Shown piece by piece: positions 49,491-60,511 of a DNA stretch of 64,000 bases. The notes under the pieces were generated by a model. That model worked only from the letters and a program-made list of their open reading frames with translations, searched no databases and was not told where the DNA came from. The stretch's first letter is position 1. Every line of letters begins with the position of its first letter. A program made the translations under genes and the position numbers. The stretch comes from Macrostomum lignano. Lineage: Eukaryota. The DNA lies in NCBI GenBank assembly GCA_002269645.1, contig NIVC01002115.1, positions 124,001 to 188,000 on the forward strand. Reading direction: 5' to 3'.

Positions 49491-50829
49491 CTTTGAGCGG
49501 CCCGGATTGCTATTGTGAAGTTTCGAAGGACCCGAGGGCCGGATAGACAGGCTTTGCAGGCAGTATTTTTAAACTATGAGAGGTCTCAACTGCCAACCTG
49601 AATCTCTATTTATTCTATTTATTCTCTTAAGTTGAGCTGAATTTTCCCACTATAATTTCACTTGCGTGTATATATTAACCACAGCCAACTCTGCAAGTTG
49701 CAGAGACTCCCTAGTGGATGGATTGATGTAGACTAGATTTAAAGAATACTTGATTATTTTCGTAAAATATCCCATCTACACACGAGTCAATATGATTTCA
49801 AAGAAAGTTATGAATCGATTTCCTTTCTTACTTAACACTATACTTGAATGCTTCACGCGCTGTCATGGACCAATGAAACTGCTCTACTCAACCCTGTCAA
49901 CTGCTTAAGAAAAATGTAGACACACTGCATATGGACTTGCAGTGGTATAGAGTGAGGGTAGAGGCAGAAAGAGAGAGTTGACTTAGCTAGTCTTGGAAAG
50001 AAAGCAGTAGCTGCCAACAAGCTGTTGTTCCCAGAGCGTTTGCTTCAGCGACAGCTGGCAATGGCCTCTGCATCCCAACTGTACCCCCGATTGTTAAATG
50101 TACATTTACTCGTATGCATGAATTGGCACAGCCGGGAGGGAAAGGAAAAATCAATATATCTCTATTTTAACCTCCTAAGCATTTCACTGTACATACAATG
50201 TCGCTAGTTTGAATTTCAATCTTTTACGCCGCTTATCAACGAAATTATTCCACAAATTTTCTGAATTTGCAAAAGCACTGAATTCAATCCTTCGTAGGGA
50301 CGCGCGACTCTTTCCTGAGATTTATAGTAGCAATAATAGTAACAGCAGAAAATCCCATTTCCCATAGGGCAGGATTTGTGAAAAGATAAATTGCAATACG
50401 GCTTATACTCCCTGAGTGGATCCTGGGTTTTATTGTAGTCACCGCAGTGAAAAATATTGTGCGTGTGTGTTTTTGCCCAAATTCTGGCTGATTCCTGTGT
50501 TAGCACGGGTGTGCGGGAGCTGCCGCCCGTGCACCCACAGACAGCCAATCAATTGCTCTGGCCGCGGTTCCATGAGCAAGAGAGTGAGTATTTAGCTCAG
50601 CACTTAAAGTGTAGGAGAGGCTGTTGGAGAGTTCTGCTCCTGCTACTGCAGAGTTTCATTTCCTAGCGGGTCAACCCGTTTCTGCCAGGGAGTTTTTTGG
50701 GAACATAACACGCCAAGCTTAGAGACACGTTATTTTGCCTGTTCCTGTGGCCTTGCACTCGTGACGTAAAGTACACTATACTGCGAACACCGAGTAGGTA
50801 AGATTGTCGGGTTGACTTCACGGGGAAGA

Positions 50830-50972
50830 AGATCCCCATTCACCCTGCTTCCCCCTCCATCAGATCCCCATTCTCCCTGCATCCCCCTCCATCAGATCCC
50901 CATTCTCCCTGCATCCCCCTCCATCAGATCCCCATTCTCCCTGCATCCCCTTCCATCAGATCCCATTCTCCC
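50830..50972. repeat. 32-bp tandem repeat, about 4.5 copies
   Basis: CAGATCCCC recurs at 50861, 50893 and 50925. Confidence 0.88.
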
Positions 50973-51092
50973 TCATGCTCACCATCTCCTACTTGTGATT
51001 GGCTGCTGGCATTCACGCACACCTATATTTCACTCGAGCATTATGTGCATTGTAAAATTCAGAAGCAAAAATACGGATTGGATTTAATCTAA

Positions 51093-51777
51093 AAGGCGCC
51101 AAGCACCAGGGGTGCCAAGCACCAGGGGCGCCAAGCACCAGGGGCGCCAAGCACCAGGGGCGCCAAGCACCAGGGGCGCCAAGCACCAGGGGCGCCAAGC
51201 ACCAGGGGCGCCAAGCACCAGGGGCGCCAAGCACCAGGGGCGCCAAGCACCAGGGGCGCCAAGCACCAGGGGCGCCAAGCACCAGGGGCGCCAAGCACCA
51301 GGGGCGCCAAGCACCAGGGGCGCCAAGCACCAGGGGCGCCAAGCACCAGGGGCGCCAAGCACCAGGGGCGCCAAGCACCAGGGGCGCCAAGCACCAGGGG
51401 CGCCAAGCACCAGGGGCGCCAAGCACCAGGGGCGCCAAGCACCAGGGGCGCCAAGCACCAGGGGCGCCAAGCACCAGGGGCGCCAAGCACCAGGGGCGCC
51501 AAGCACCAGGGGCGCCAAGCACCAGGGGCGCCAAGCACCAGGGGCGCCAAGCACCAGGGGCGCCAAGCACCAGGGGCGCCAAGCACCAGGGGCGCCAAGC
51601 ACCAGGGGCGCCAAGCACCAGGGGCGCCAAGCACCAGGGGCGCCAAGCACCAGGGGCGCCAAGCACCAGGGGCGCCAAGCACCAGGGGCGCCAAGCACCA
51701 GGGGCGCCAAGCACCAGGGGCGCCAAGCACCAGGGGCGCCAAGCTCCAGGGGCGCCAAGCACCAGGGGCGCCAAGCC
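51093..51777. repeat. Near-perfect 16-bp minisatellite (CAAGCACCAGGGGCGC), about 42 copies
   Basis: Unit read directly, with only a few variant units at the ends. It explains the repetitive ORFs between 51013 and 51835. Confidence 0.98.
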
Positions 51778-51877
51778 AATTAACTTTTAGAGAAGCTACT
51801 GTTCGGAGTTGCATGTATCTTTGAAAATCATCCAAATAAATCTACAGGCTGAATACAGTTCTGTCTCTCTCAGCTCA

Positions 51878-53287
51878 ATGTCGGAAACCAACAATGATCA
51901 CCACGGCGATGGCGGCGGCGACGGCGGCGGCGGCGGCGGGCCTCGTTGCGGTGGCCAGGGCCCGGTGCGCTTAAACTCGGTAGCTCGCGATGCCATCACC
52001 AGTCAGCTGACCGAGGAGCAGGTTGCCGAGTTCAAGGAGGCCTTCGCCCTATTCGACAGAGACGGCAGCGGCTCCATCACCGTCAGAGAGCTGGAGGTCA
52101 TCATGCGCTCGCTTGGTCAGAATCCGAGCGAACAGGAGCTCGCTGTGAGTATCCAGTGACTCATCTGCTTACCTGGTGTGCTGGTTGCGAATAATTAGAA
52201 TTTGCCGAGTCACAGGGCCATACCTGAAGATAAAAAAACTGGGCCTCTGCACACCCTGTGCGAATCACTGGCCAGGCCCCAAATCGCCCCAAATAAAAAT
52301 TTCGCTCCTCCAAAAACTATGTGAAACAATTGCAAGCTCGGGGAATGAAAGTAGCTTGACTTTGCCACTTCATGGACGTGACATCCGCCGGCTTGAAGAC
52401 AGTGGTTGGGGCACCCACCAAAAGACACGGGCGCCAACCAAGAGACAAGGGCGCCAACCAAGAGACAGGGACGCCCACTAAGAGACAAGGGCGCCAACCA
52501 AGAGACGGGGGTGCCCACTAAGAGACAAGGGTGCCAACCAAGAGACAGGGGCGCCCACTAAGAGACAAGGGTGCCAACCAACAGACGGGGTGCCAACCAA
52601 GAGACAGGGGCGCACACGAAGAGACAAGGGTGCCAACCAACAGACGGGGTGCCAACCAAGAGACAGGGGCACACACGAAGAGACCAAATATTTGCATCCT
52701 TTAGGGGTGCGGCCGTCTAATTAAAATGTCTGCGAACGCCACTGGTGTGAGCGTGTGCCGTGCCTGCGTACAGTACTGGCGCGCTTGTATGCGCTCATTA
52801 GGAGTCAGCGGAATGGACAAAACTGCCTCAGCGTTTGTTGTGGGACGATGTCGTGGTGCCACGGGGTGCCCCACAGCCCTTCTGCGAATGTTTACACTTA
52901 TCTCGTGTACTGATAACGTGTGCGCACACTTCTACGTTCTTATTTTAACATCCAAAAGACGCTGCGAATTGCCAACAGGAGATGATTCAAAGCGTAGACA
53001 TCGACGGGAACGGTGAGATTGACTTCCCCGAGTTCATGGCCATGATGGCCGAGAAGCTGCAGGACACCAACTCGGAGCAGGAGATCATCGCAGCATTTCA
53101 AGCCTTCGATCGAGACGGTAACGGCTATTTGAGCCGCGAAGAACTGCAGGGCATCCTGATGCACTTCGGTGAGAACAGCATGACGGAGGAGGACATCACG
53201 GAGATGATCTCGGCGGCCGATCGCAACGCCGATGGCAAGATCCAGTACGAAGAGTTCGCTCACTTCATTGCCTCCGTCATTCGTTGA
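51878..53287 (+). CDS. Calmodulin-like protein with 4 EF-hands and a Gly-rich N-terminal extension, 191 aa. Exons 51878-52144 and 52979-53287
   Basis: [17 protein letters not shown], then loops [36 protein letters not shown] and [12 protein letters not shown]. Phase-0 GT-AG intron (ELA|EMI). Too divergent to be canonical calmodulin. Confidence 0.93.
52420..52685. repeat. 20-21-bp tandem repeat (AAGAGACAAGGGCGCCAACC), about 13 copies, in the calmodulin-like intron
   Basis: Unit read directly. Confidence 0.9.
52740..52880 (-). mobile_element. Diverged SINE body related to 10870-11260, without a tRNA head
   Basis: GTGCCTGCGTAC...GCGCGCTTGTATGC...GGAGTC(A/G)GCGGAATGG(A/G)CA...TGCCTC is shared with about 10965-11040. 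Confidence 0.55.
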
Positions 53288-54042
53288 TGCTGTCGCGGTG
53301 GTAGAGGCTGTATTAAATCTTGATGTGTTTTGTGACGGGAATCGATCGATCTATATATTCGGGTACGTTGCTCGACCGAAGGACGTTACTTAGAACGAAC
53401 GTAGGAAAGTTTACGACACAACCTATATATATTCATAGTTAAAGTGATCCTTGGGTTCCGACCTTCCTGCGAGCATAATACAGATGAATTTACACGTACA
53501 CACGTTATGTTAAGACAAGTTAGGATGTTAGGTCGTTATGCACGTAGGCAACCGTTATGATTTGGTTGTTGCAGAATCTCTACATGAAATTTCGCTTCGG
53601 GCTTACATGTGATTCGCTAATGATTACATTTTCTTTACATGCTTCATGACTGACACTACGTGTTACGCTTATAACAATGCTGTCAATCATTTTTATTGAT
53701 TTTTTTCTGATGAGACTCTGAATTCTTTATATGACACAGGTGGATTTGATCTATATTACATGTCGTTTCTTCTCCGTCATGTGTTTAAAGGTAACTTTAT
53801 GGTTAAAGATTTGCAAGATTATTCAATATTTTCTTAATCATACAGTTATGCTTAGTATACTTACTTTGATCGATTTTTTTGAATACATGTAAGTATCTTA
53901 AAATACAGGCGATTTCTTGTTGAATAAAATATATGCTCTAAAATTACTTTAACAGTTATTAGTAATATGCACGTAACTTTATGCTAAGTTAGCTGTTAAT
54001 TTTATTTATTAGTGACTTCTATGCTGAAAATGAATTGAACTC

Positions 54043-54465
54043 TATCTACCCACACTCCTCCCCACTCCCTCTGCCCCACTTTCCCCCCACTCTGTCTACC
54101 TCACTCTCCTCCCCACTCCCTCTGCCCCACTTTCCCCCACTCTGTCTACCTCACTCTCCTCCCCACTCCCTCTGCCCCACTTTCCCCCACTCTGTCTACC
54201 TCACTCTCCTCCCCACTCCCTCTGCCCCACTTTCCCCCACTCTGTCTACCTCACTCTCCTCCCCACTCCCTCTGCCCCACTTTCCCCCACTCTGTCTACC
54301 TCACTCTCCTCCCCACTCCCTCTGCCCCACTTTCCCCACTCTGTCTACCTCACTCTCCTCCCCACTCCCTCTGCCCCACTTTCCCCCACTCTGTCTACCT
54401 CACTCTCCTCCCCACTCCCTCTGCCCCACTTTCCCCCACTCTGTCTACCTCACTCTCCTCCCTTA
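54043..54465. repeat. 50-bp pyrimidine-rich tandem repeat, about 8.5 copies
   Basis: TCTGTCTACC recurs at 54091, 54141, 54191, 54241 and onward. Confidence 0.95.
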
Positions 54466-55019
54466 CTCCCTCACTCCCCCTCCTCCCAACGGCCTCCATC
54501 CCACTCACTCCCTCTATCCCACTCTCTTCTCCCACTATACAATTAGTTAAATAATATTAATTTATATACCATTAATCCGGATAATTAATTACCTATTGAA
54601 CGCGTTGAGTCAATTGCCTGTTTGCTTTAGGTAAGTATGCACAATATACGATTTATTCATTGATATTGTAAGTATGCACAGCAAATATTAATACAATACA
54701 CATTTGGGTTATTAGAGCTATGATGATCATACTCCCTTTAGCATCTGCCTGACTGCGGGAAACTGGCACAAGGGGCACTTATACTGTACGCTCGTACTAA
54801 ACCATATAGCTAAATTGAATGACTGCCTGCCAATGAGTTTCCGTCGCCAATTAATCACTGTCAAAGACTAAAGACTTGAAATAGTAACGTATAAATTGGA
54901 TTATTGCTGGATCTCACCCTTGGTCTATGCAAATTAAGGATCATCTGGGATTAATGCGGAATACTGAATCAAATTTTATTATGAGAATAATTAATATATT
55001 ATAGGCTTCTCAACAGCTC

Positions 55020-56460
55020 TTGACTTACTTGACTTACTGCAGGGTGGTCCGTAGACACAGCGGGGAGGAGGCGAGGGTCGCCCATTTCGCTAGCCGCCTT
55101 CGGCAGAGGCGGGGGACCGGTCAGGGTGGTCCGCCGGTCCGTCCTGCAGCGTGGTCCTCCGTGGGGAAGAAAGTGGCTCCTCTTGTCGCCCGAAAGAACT
55201 GGCTGAGCCGTGGGATGCTGACGGGCTGGCAGATCTTGTCAGTTGACGGATCGGCCCGAGGTATCGTAGCCGCGGTCTCTGGTAAAGAAAGGGCAGTGAC
55301 AAACAAAGTGCTGAGCATCTTCATTGTCGTACTCGCAAAAAGGGCAAAGTTCGCTCTCGAGGTCGCCTCGGAGGAAGCAGTGCCTTTCAACGTAGCCATG
55401 GCCGGTAGAAATCATGACAAGGGCTCGAATGTCCTTCCGATTTTGGTTCAGAAGTACATTCAGCACGCGATTGCCTGCAGTTCTGGGTGCCCGCCCATCT
55501 GTCCCTGTGGAGGCCGAATCAGCCCAGTCATCGATCTGACGATTGATGACCGTCGAAGGGATAGGGACCAGGGTAACAGGGCCAGAGAAAAAGCCAGAGC
55601 CGCCCCTCTTGGCGAGGGTGTCTGCCAGCTCGTTTCCCGGAAACCCTGCGTGCCCTGGGATCCACTTCAGCCTGACAGTACATGTATATTGCTACTGGCC
55701 AGGAGGTTGAGCTCCCGGGCGCAGTCGGCGACTGTCCGGGAGTTCGTGGTGTTGTGGCAAAGGGCCTGTAAGGCCGCTTTGGCTATCGGAGTGGATGACA
55801 ATAGTCTCTCCTCTCGTACCCTTGGCGTTCAGCTCTGCGGCGCAGGAGCTGATAGCAAGGACTTCGTTCTGAAAGACTGTGGGAGAGTCTGCCAGTGTGC
55901 TGGGCATGCGTGGCAATGACGCGGCCGTTAATGATGATGCAGACCCGCAAAGCCGGCGTGGCCGTCTTTGATTAATCCTTCCGTGTAGCAATGGACCTCC
56001 TGGAAATTCCAGTTGTCAGTGGCAGCATCCTTGAGGGGATGGTGATCTTGTAGCGCTGAAAGAGGTTGAGAGTGGGGGTTCACTGTCAGATAAGACGTGG
56101 AGCCCGCCGCCGTCTCTCAAGTCCTTTAGGCAGAGGTGGGCGTGAGGCAGGAGCTTGGGCTTAGCTATGGCCCTATGGAAACGAATGCCGGCGTCAATCA
56201 GATGGCGGGAAGTCTTAGCCGCTTTCCTGCGCTCTCCTGAGAGTCTCCAAGCAGCTGTCTTCATCTGCAGGGCGCTAGCCCAGATCAGGCCGCCGTGTAC
56301 GAGATAGCAGGCCTAACCATTGCAGTGTACATGTAGATATCGATCCACCAGAGGCTCTTTTGGGTGGAGCCTCCAGGTGGTGCCGACGGCCCTGCGAAGC
56401 TGGGCGAGAACAGCGAGGGCGCTTGGCTTTTGCTTGAGCGTGGGGTAACCATGCAGTTCA
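55020..56460 (-). mobile_element. 5'-truncated, frameshifted non-LTR retrotransposon with RNase H and a C-terminal CCHC motif (R1/Loa/I-group-like)
   Basis: Minus frames give RAVGTTWRLHP...YGGLIW-like post-RT sequence, TVFQNEVLAI...IVIHSDSQS (RNase H) and TGHG...CPFCEYDNEDAQHFVCHCP. The 3' end is two copies of AGTAAGTCA (about 55021-55038). Confidence 0.85.
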
Positions 56461-57882
56461 GCCTGTGGTCCAGGGGTAAAAATTAAATCTGCTCAATATA
56501 GCTAGTTCATCATACCTCCTCAATTTTGTGGCGGACAGAGACTGGTGTTCATAAGTTTAGCTGTAAGCAAATTAACTCGACACAACTTTGCTTGCTTGCT
56601 AAATTCTACTGCTACTCGCAATTAAGCCACTTTAATTTACAGATTATTGAGAAAAAAATGATTACACCTGCCCTAATATGGGCAGATGTGCAACCGACAG
56701 CTTAATTAGCTGCAGCGATTATAGAGAACAGAATTTTAAAACATGAGTCTGCTTTGTGAGGTTTGGCTTTTTCTTCTCACTCATTTTTTTCTGAGTGGCC
56801 ATCTCGTGAGAAAGATTTTAAAGGATATATAGACCAAAGTATGCGGGTTCTGTATATATGATCTCCAGACTCCGATATATTTTCAGAAACGTCACTGATG
56901 AAACTACGAGCGTATTCACAAAAAATGCGCTCATTCAAGATTTTCAGCTAGTTTATTAATTTTGCTTCCTAAACTTGAGAGTTGATCGAAAATATACATG
57001 TAGCTACCAAACGCCCAATAATAGGGTGTCTCATTGTACAGTATTTTCTTGCATCTACATCTAGTGGGAAACTAAACTATCTGACTTACTTGGTAGGGGA
57101 CAAAAATCTGAACAATCTGGCGAAAAAATTAACCTTCTACGTAACCGATTCTTAACATTCATTTTAATAATCGGCCTTCTACCTTGCGCACACGATTTGC
57201 AAGTGTTGCGTCCTTCAAGTCTAGTAAGAAGGCCGTTAGACAAAGATAATGTTCATGCGTTAACATGTAATTAAAACATTAGTTGTACAATCATTTGGGC
57301 ACTAAACTGAGTGCATTTCGTACTTGATAAAAACTTTGAATGCCTAAATGGAAAAATTCCTGCACAAAAATGTTATTTTCGGTAGGATTTTTCACGGCCA
57401 AAAATTCATCGACGCTTACTGTAATTTTCTCTATATTTCTTTTACATTATTTTGATCCTTTCCTTGCAATTGAAAAAAATCCTGCATTCTGCAAGAAATA
57501 CTTTAAAGAATACCGGGACATTTTTATTTATTTTTAAAAGCTTTTAACAAAGCCAGTATCTTTGAACTATTCTTACTTCCTCAAAAAACTTCTAGAATGA
57601 TTTACAACAAGTAAAAAATGCTTGTACAAGAAATTTTTTAGCTTTCTTTACAGAAACTTTTTACATTACGGTACGTGTTTTTTAAACCTCCAATTTCCTA
57701 TTTTTAGCAACAAAGCCACGCCCGCCACTACATACTACACGCCCACCGAGCTTCCGTCAGTTTCACTAACTTCACTCTTCGTCATACTCGAGGCTTTTCA
57801 CATTACCAATTCCAGAACCAGAATCGTTCATATTTTCAAAAAATCTTTAAGGCAGGGTGGCTTTTTTGTAAAATGGTGTTTC

Positions 57883-57992
57883 CGGCTAACCTGTAGTTTC
57901 GCACGTTTAATTCCAACCCCACCCCACCACCCTTGAATAGAGGGCGAAATAATTCCGGAAATAATTAAACGTGCGAAACTACAGGATAGCCG
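57883..57992. mobile_element. 110-bp miniature inverted-repeat element
   Basis: 30-bp TIRs at 57883-57912 and 57963-57992 (one mismatch). TGTTTC is duplicated on both sides (57877-57882 and 57993-57998). Confidence 0.7.
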
Positions 57993-59615
57993 TGTTTCCT
58001 TTATGTTTGAAATGGTTTCCTTTATGTTTGAGATGCTGGCTCTTTTGTTTCACAAGATGCTTCTATTGTATTTGATCTGATGCTTCTTTTATGTTTGAAA
58101 TGGTGTCTTTTTCATGTTTGAAATGGTGGCTCTTTTATGTTTGATATGGTGTCTCTTTTATGTTTGACATGGTGGCTCTTTCATGTTTGACATGGTAGCT
58201 CAACTTCAAGCTCTTTTATGTTTCTCATGATGCTTCTAAATATTGTGTTTGACCTGACTCTTTTTTTATATTTGAAATGGTGCCTCCTTTATGTTTGACA
58301 TGATGGCTCTTTTATGTTTGAAATTGTGGCTCTTTTATGTTTGACATGGTGGCTCTTTTGTTTGACATGGTGACTCTTTTATGTTTGAAATGGTGGCTTT
58401 TTATGTTTGACATGGTGGCTCTTTCATGTTTGAAATGGTGGTTTTTTATGTTTGACATGGTGGCTCTTTCATGTTTGACATGGTAGCTCTTTTATGTTTC
58501 ACATGATGCTTCTAAACATTGTGTTTGACCTGACTCTTCTTTATATTTGAAATGGTACCTCTTAGTTTTATGTTTGAAATGTTGCCTCTTTTATGTTTGA
58601 CATGGTGCCTCTTACGTTTGAAATTGTGCCTCTTTTATGTTTGACATGGTGCCTCTTACGTTTGAAATTGTGCCTCTTTTATGTTTGACATGGTGGCTCT
58701 ATGTTTGGCATGATGCTTCTTTTATGTTTGAATTGTGGCTCTTTTATGTAGTAGTAAGAATTTGGCTCAGGCAATTAGCCTGTTTGGCCAATGGCAATTA
58801 TTATAAAGCAATGTATTTAAAAAAATTGAAAAAGAAGTTTATAAAGACAATTTGACAAGTTTTTGCAAAAAAAATAAAGTTTTTAAAAGCACTTTTATGT
58901 TTGAAATGGTTTCTCTTTTATGTTGTGCATGGTGTATCTTTTATGTTTGACATGGTGGCTCTTTTATGTTTGGCATGATGCGGCAATCCTACACTTCCGT
59001 TCGGTAAATTATTTTCACATTTGAATTCGTACCACCGAGTCAAATGACGTCAATTGGCAATGTGTCTATGGCCAAAAGTTTGAGCGAACAGAGTTTAAAG
59101 GGGTGTCAGTTTAAGGGAGCTGTTGCTTGTGAGCTGCTTGTTTTATTGAGCTTCAATTTCTCATATCTTCCAGTCTTCATTGCCATGGAGACATGTCCAT
59201 ACCAACACCGTGGAGGGCACATGGGCCCACGCGAAGCGCAAGATCCGCAACATGCATGGCACGAGCGACGCTCTCTTCGACGCACACATTGAGGAATTTC
59301 TCTGGCGTCGTCTGTATCCCCAATGTCCATTTGGGGCTATCCTGTACTGGATTGGACATTACTATCCATTGTAGACACTAAGACACCTTAATGACCTGCA
59401 GACACACTCTAAGTGACTATGCGCTCTAACAGACTGCTACCATGTTCCACTGTTTTAGTTTTGTTTGGTTACATTGTTATTTACCACGCCTGTTTAAAAT
59501 TCAATGTCAAAATAATTTACCGAAAGGAAGTGTAGGATTGCCCATGATGCTTCTTTTATATTTGAAATGGTGGCTCTTTTATGTTTGAAATGGTGGCTCT
59601 TCTATATTTGACATA
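57993..59615. repeat. Degenerate 22-23-bp minisatellite (TGGTGGCTCTTTTATGTTTGAMA), interrupted by a Merlin element
   Basis: Unit is visible at 57993-58745, 58890-58981 and 59543-59615. Confidence 0.9.
58982..59542 (+). mobile_element. Internally deleted Merlin (IS1595-like) DNA transposon, 561 bp
   Basis: About 45-bp TIRs GGCAATCCTACACTTCC(G/T)TTCGGTAAATTATTTT. Exact 8-bp TSD CATGATGC at 58974-58981 and 59543-59550. ORF 59180..59374 has VHTNTVEGTWAHAK...HIEEFLWRR, the Merlin/IS1595 C-terminal motif. Confidence 0.9.
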
Positions 59616-60511
59616 GGCCTAATGGCTTTTTATTTATAAGTTTAGCATTTTGTGTTTTCAAGGTTTTCATAATAAAAATATTTTGCATTACTAAGATTCA
59701 AACTCAGGTTGCTACATTAGCAGTCCAGTCTTTTTGCATCTAGGCTATCTCTTGTCAATCAATTGGAGAACATTAATTGTAGCCCTTATATTTCAATACT
59801 TATAGCAAGTCAGTTAGGGTAAAAGTTATGATATAATCAATTTCTCAGTCAGCTAGTATCAGTCTCAATTAAGTTAGCAATATGGCTACACAAGTTCAAT
59901 CAAGTCTAGTGCTACATGTATTTTTAACATAACAAGGCAAATAAAGTCAGTAAAATTCAGCCAGTACACGGACAATGAATTCAATATGGTTATGCAACCT
60001 CAATTAAGTTGTGTGCTTTTCTTCGATACTGTTTTCAACTTGTTGTGATGCAATCTTTGAGTTCAGACTTAAAATTTATAATTATGGTTTTTGTTGTATA
60101 TATATTTGTTTAAAAGCTTATATTTTTATTAAATACTGACTTTTTATTTGCCAGATATAAACCCAAAATTTGTTTCTATTTTATTTCTTTTTCTGTATTT
60201 AATTCATTCGTTTTTATTAAGTTTGAAATTCATTAAGTTTCATTCATAAATAAGTAGTTTTAAGAACATTAAGCATAATGTTTGTTTAGTTAAATGAATA
60301 TAGACTTAGACTTAACCATACTCAAGAAAAATATTACTTTTAGTTAATAGAATAAACTATTTTATCAACTTGCCCCCAAAACTTAATATGCTTACTTTAT
60401 AATCATAGATTATAGTTATAGTTAGTAAAAATGGTTTGTTTATTCATTTCAGAAATACTTTCACTTAAATATACTATTAAAAATTGGTTACTGATTAACT
60501 AAGCAGCAAAA

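Noticed and set aside
49049-49570. hAT/Charlie-like ends (CAGGGGACCACAAACTTTTT...GGGCCGGAT) flanking the GA tract
   Set aside because: The right terminus and TSD are not recognisable.
21955-56900. Hammerhead ribozyme cores at CTGATGA sites (about 21958, 37176, 40295, 53705, 56895)
   Set aside because: None has a stem II followed by GAAA with closing stems.
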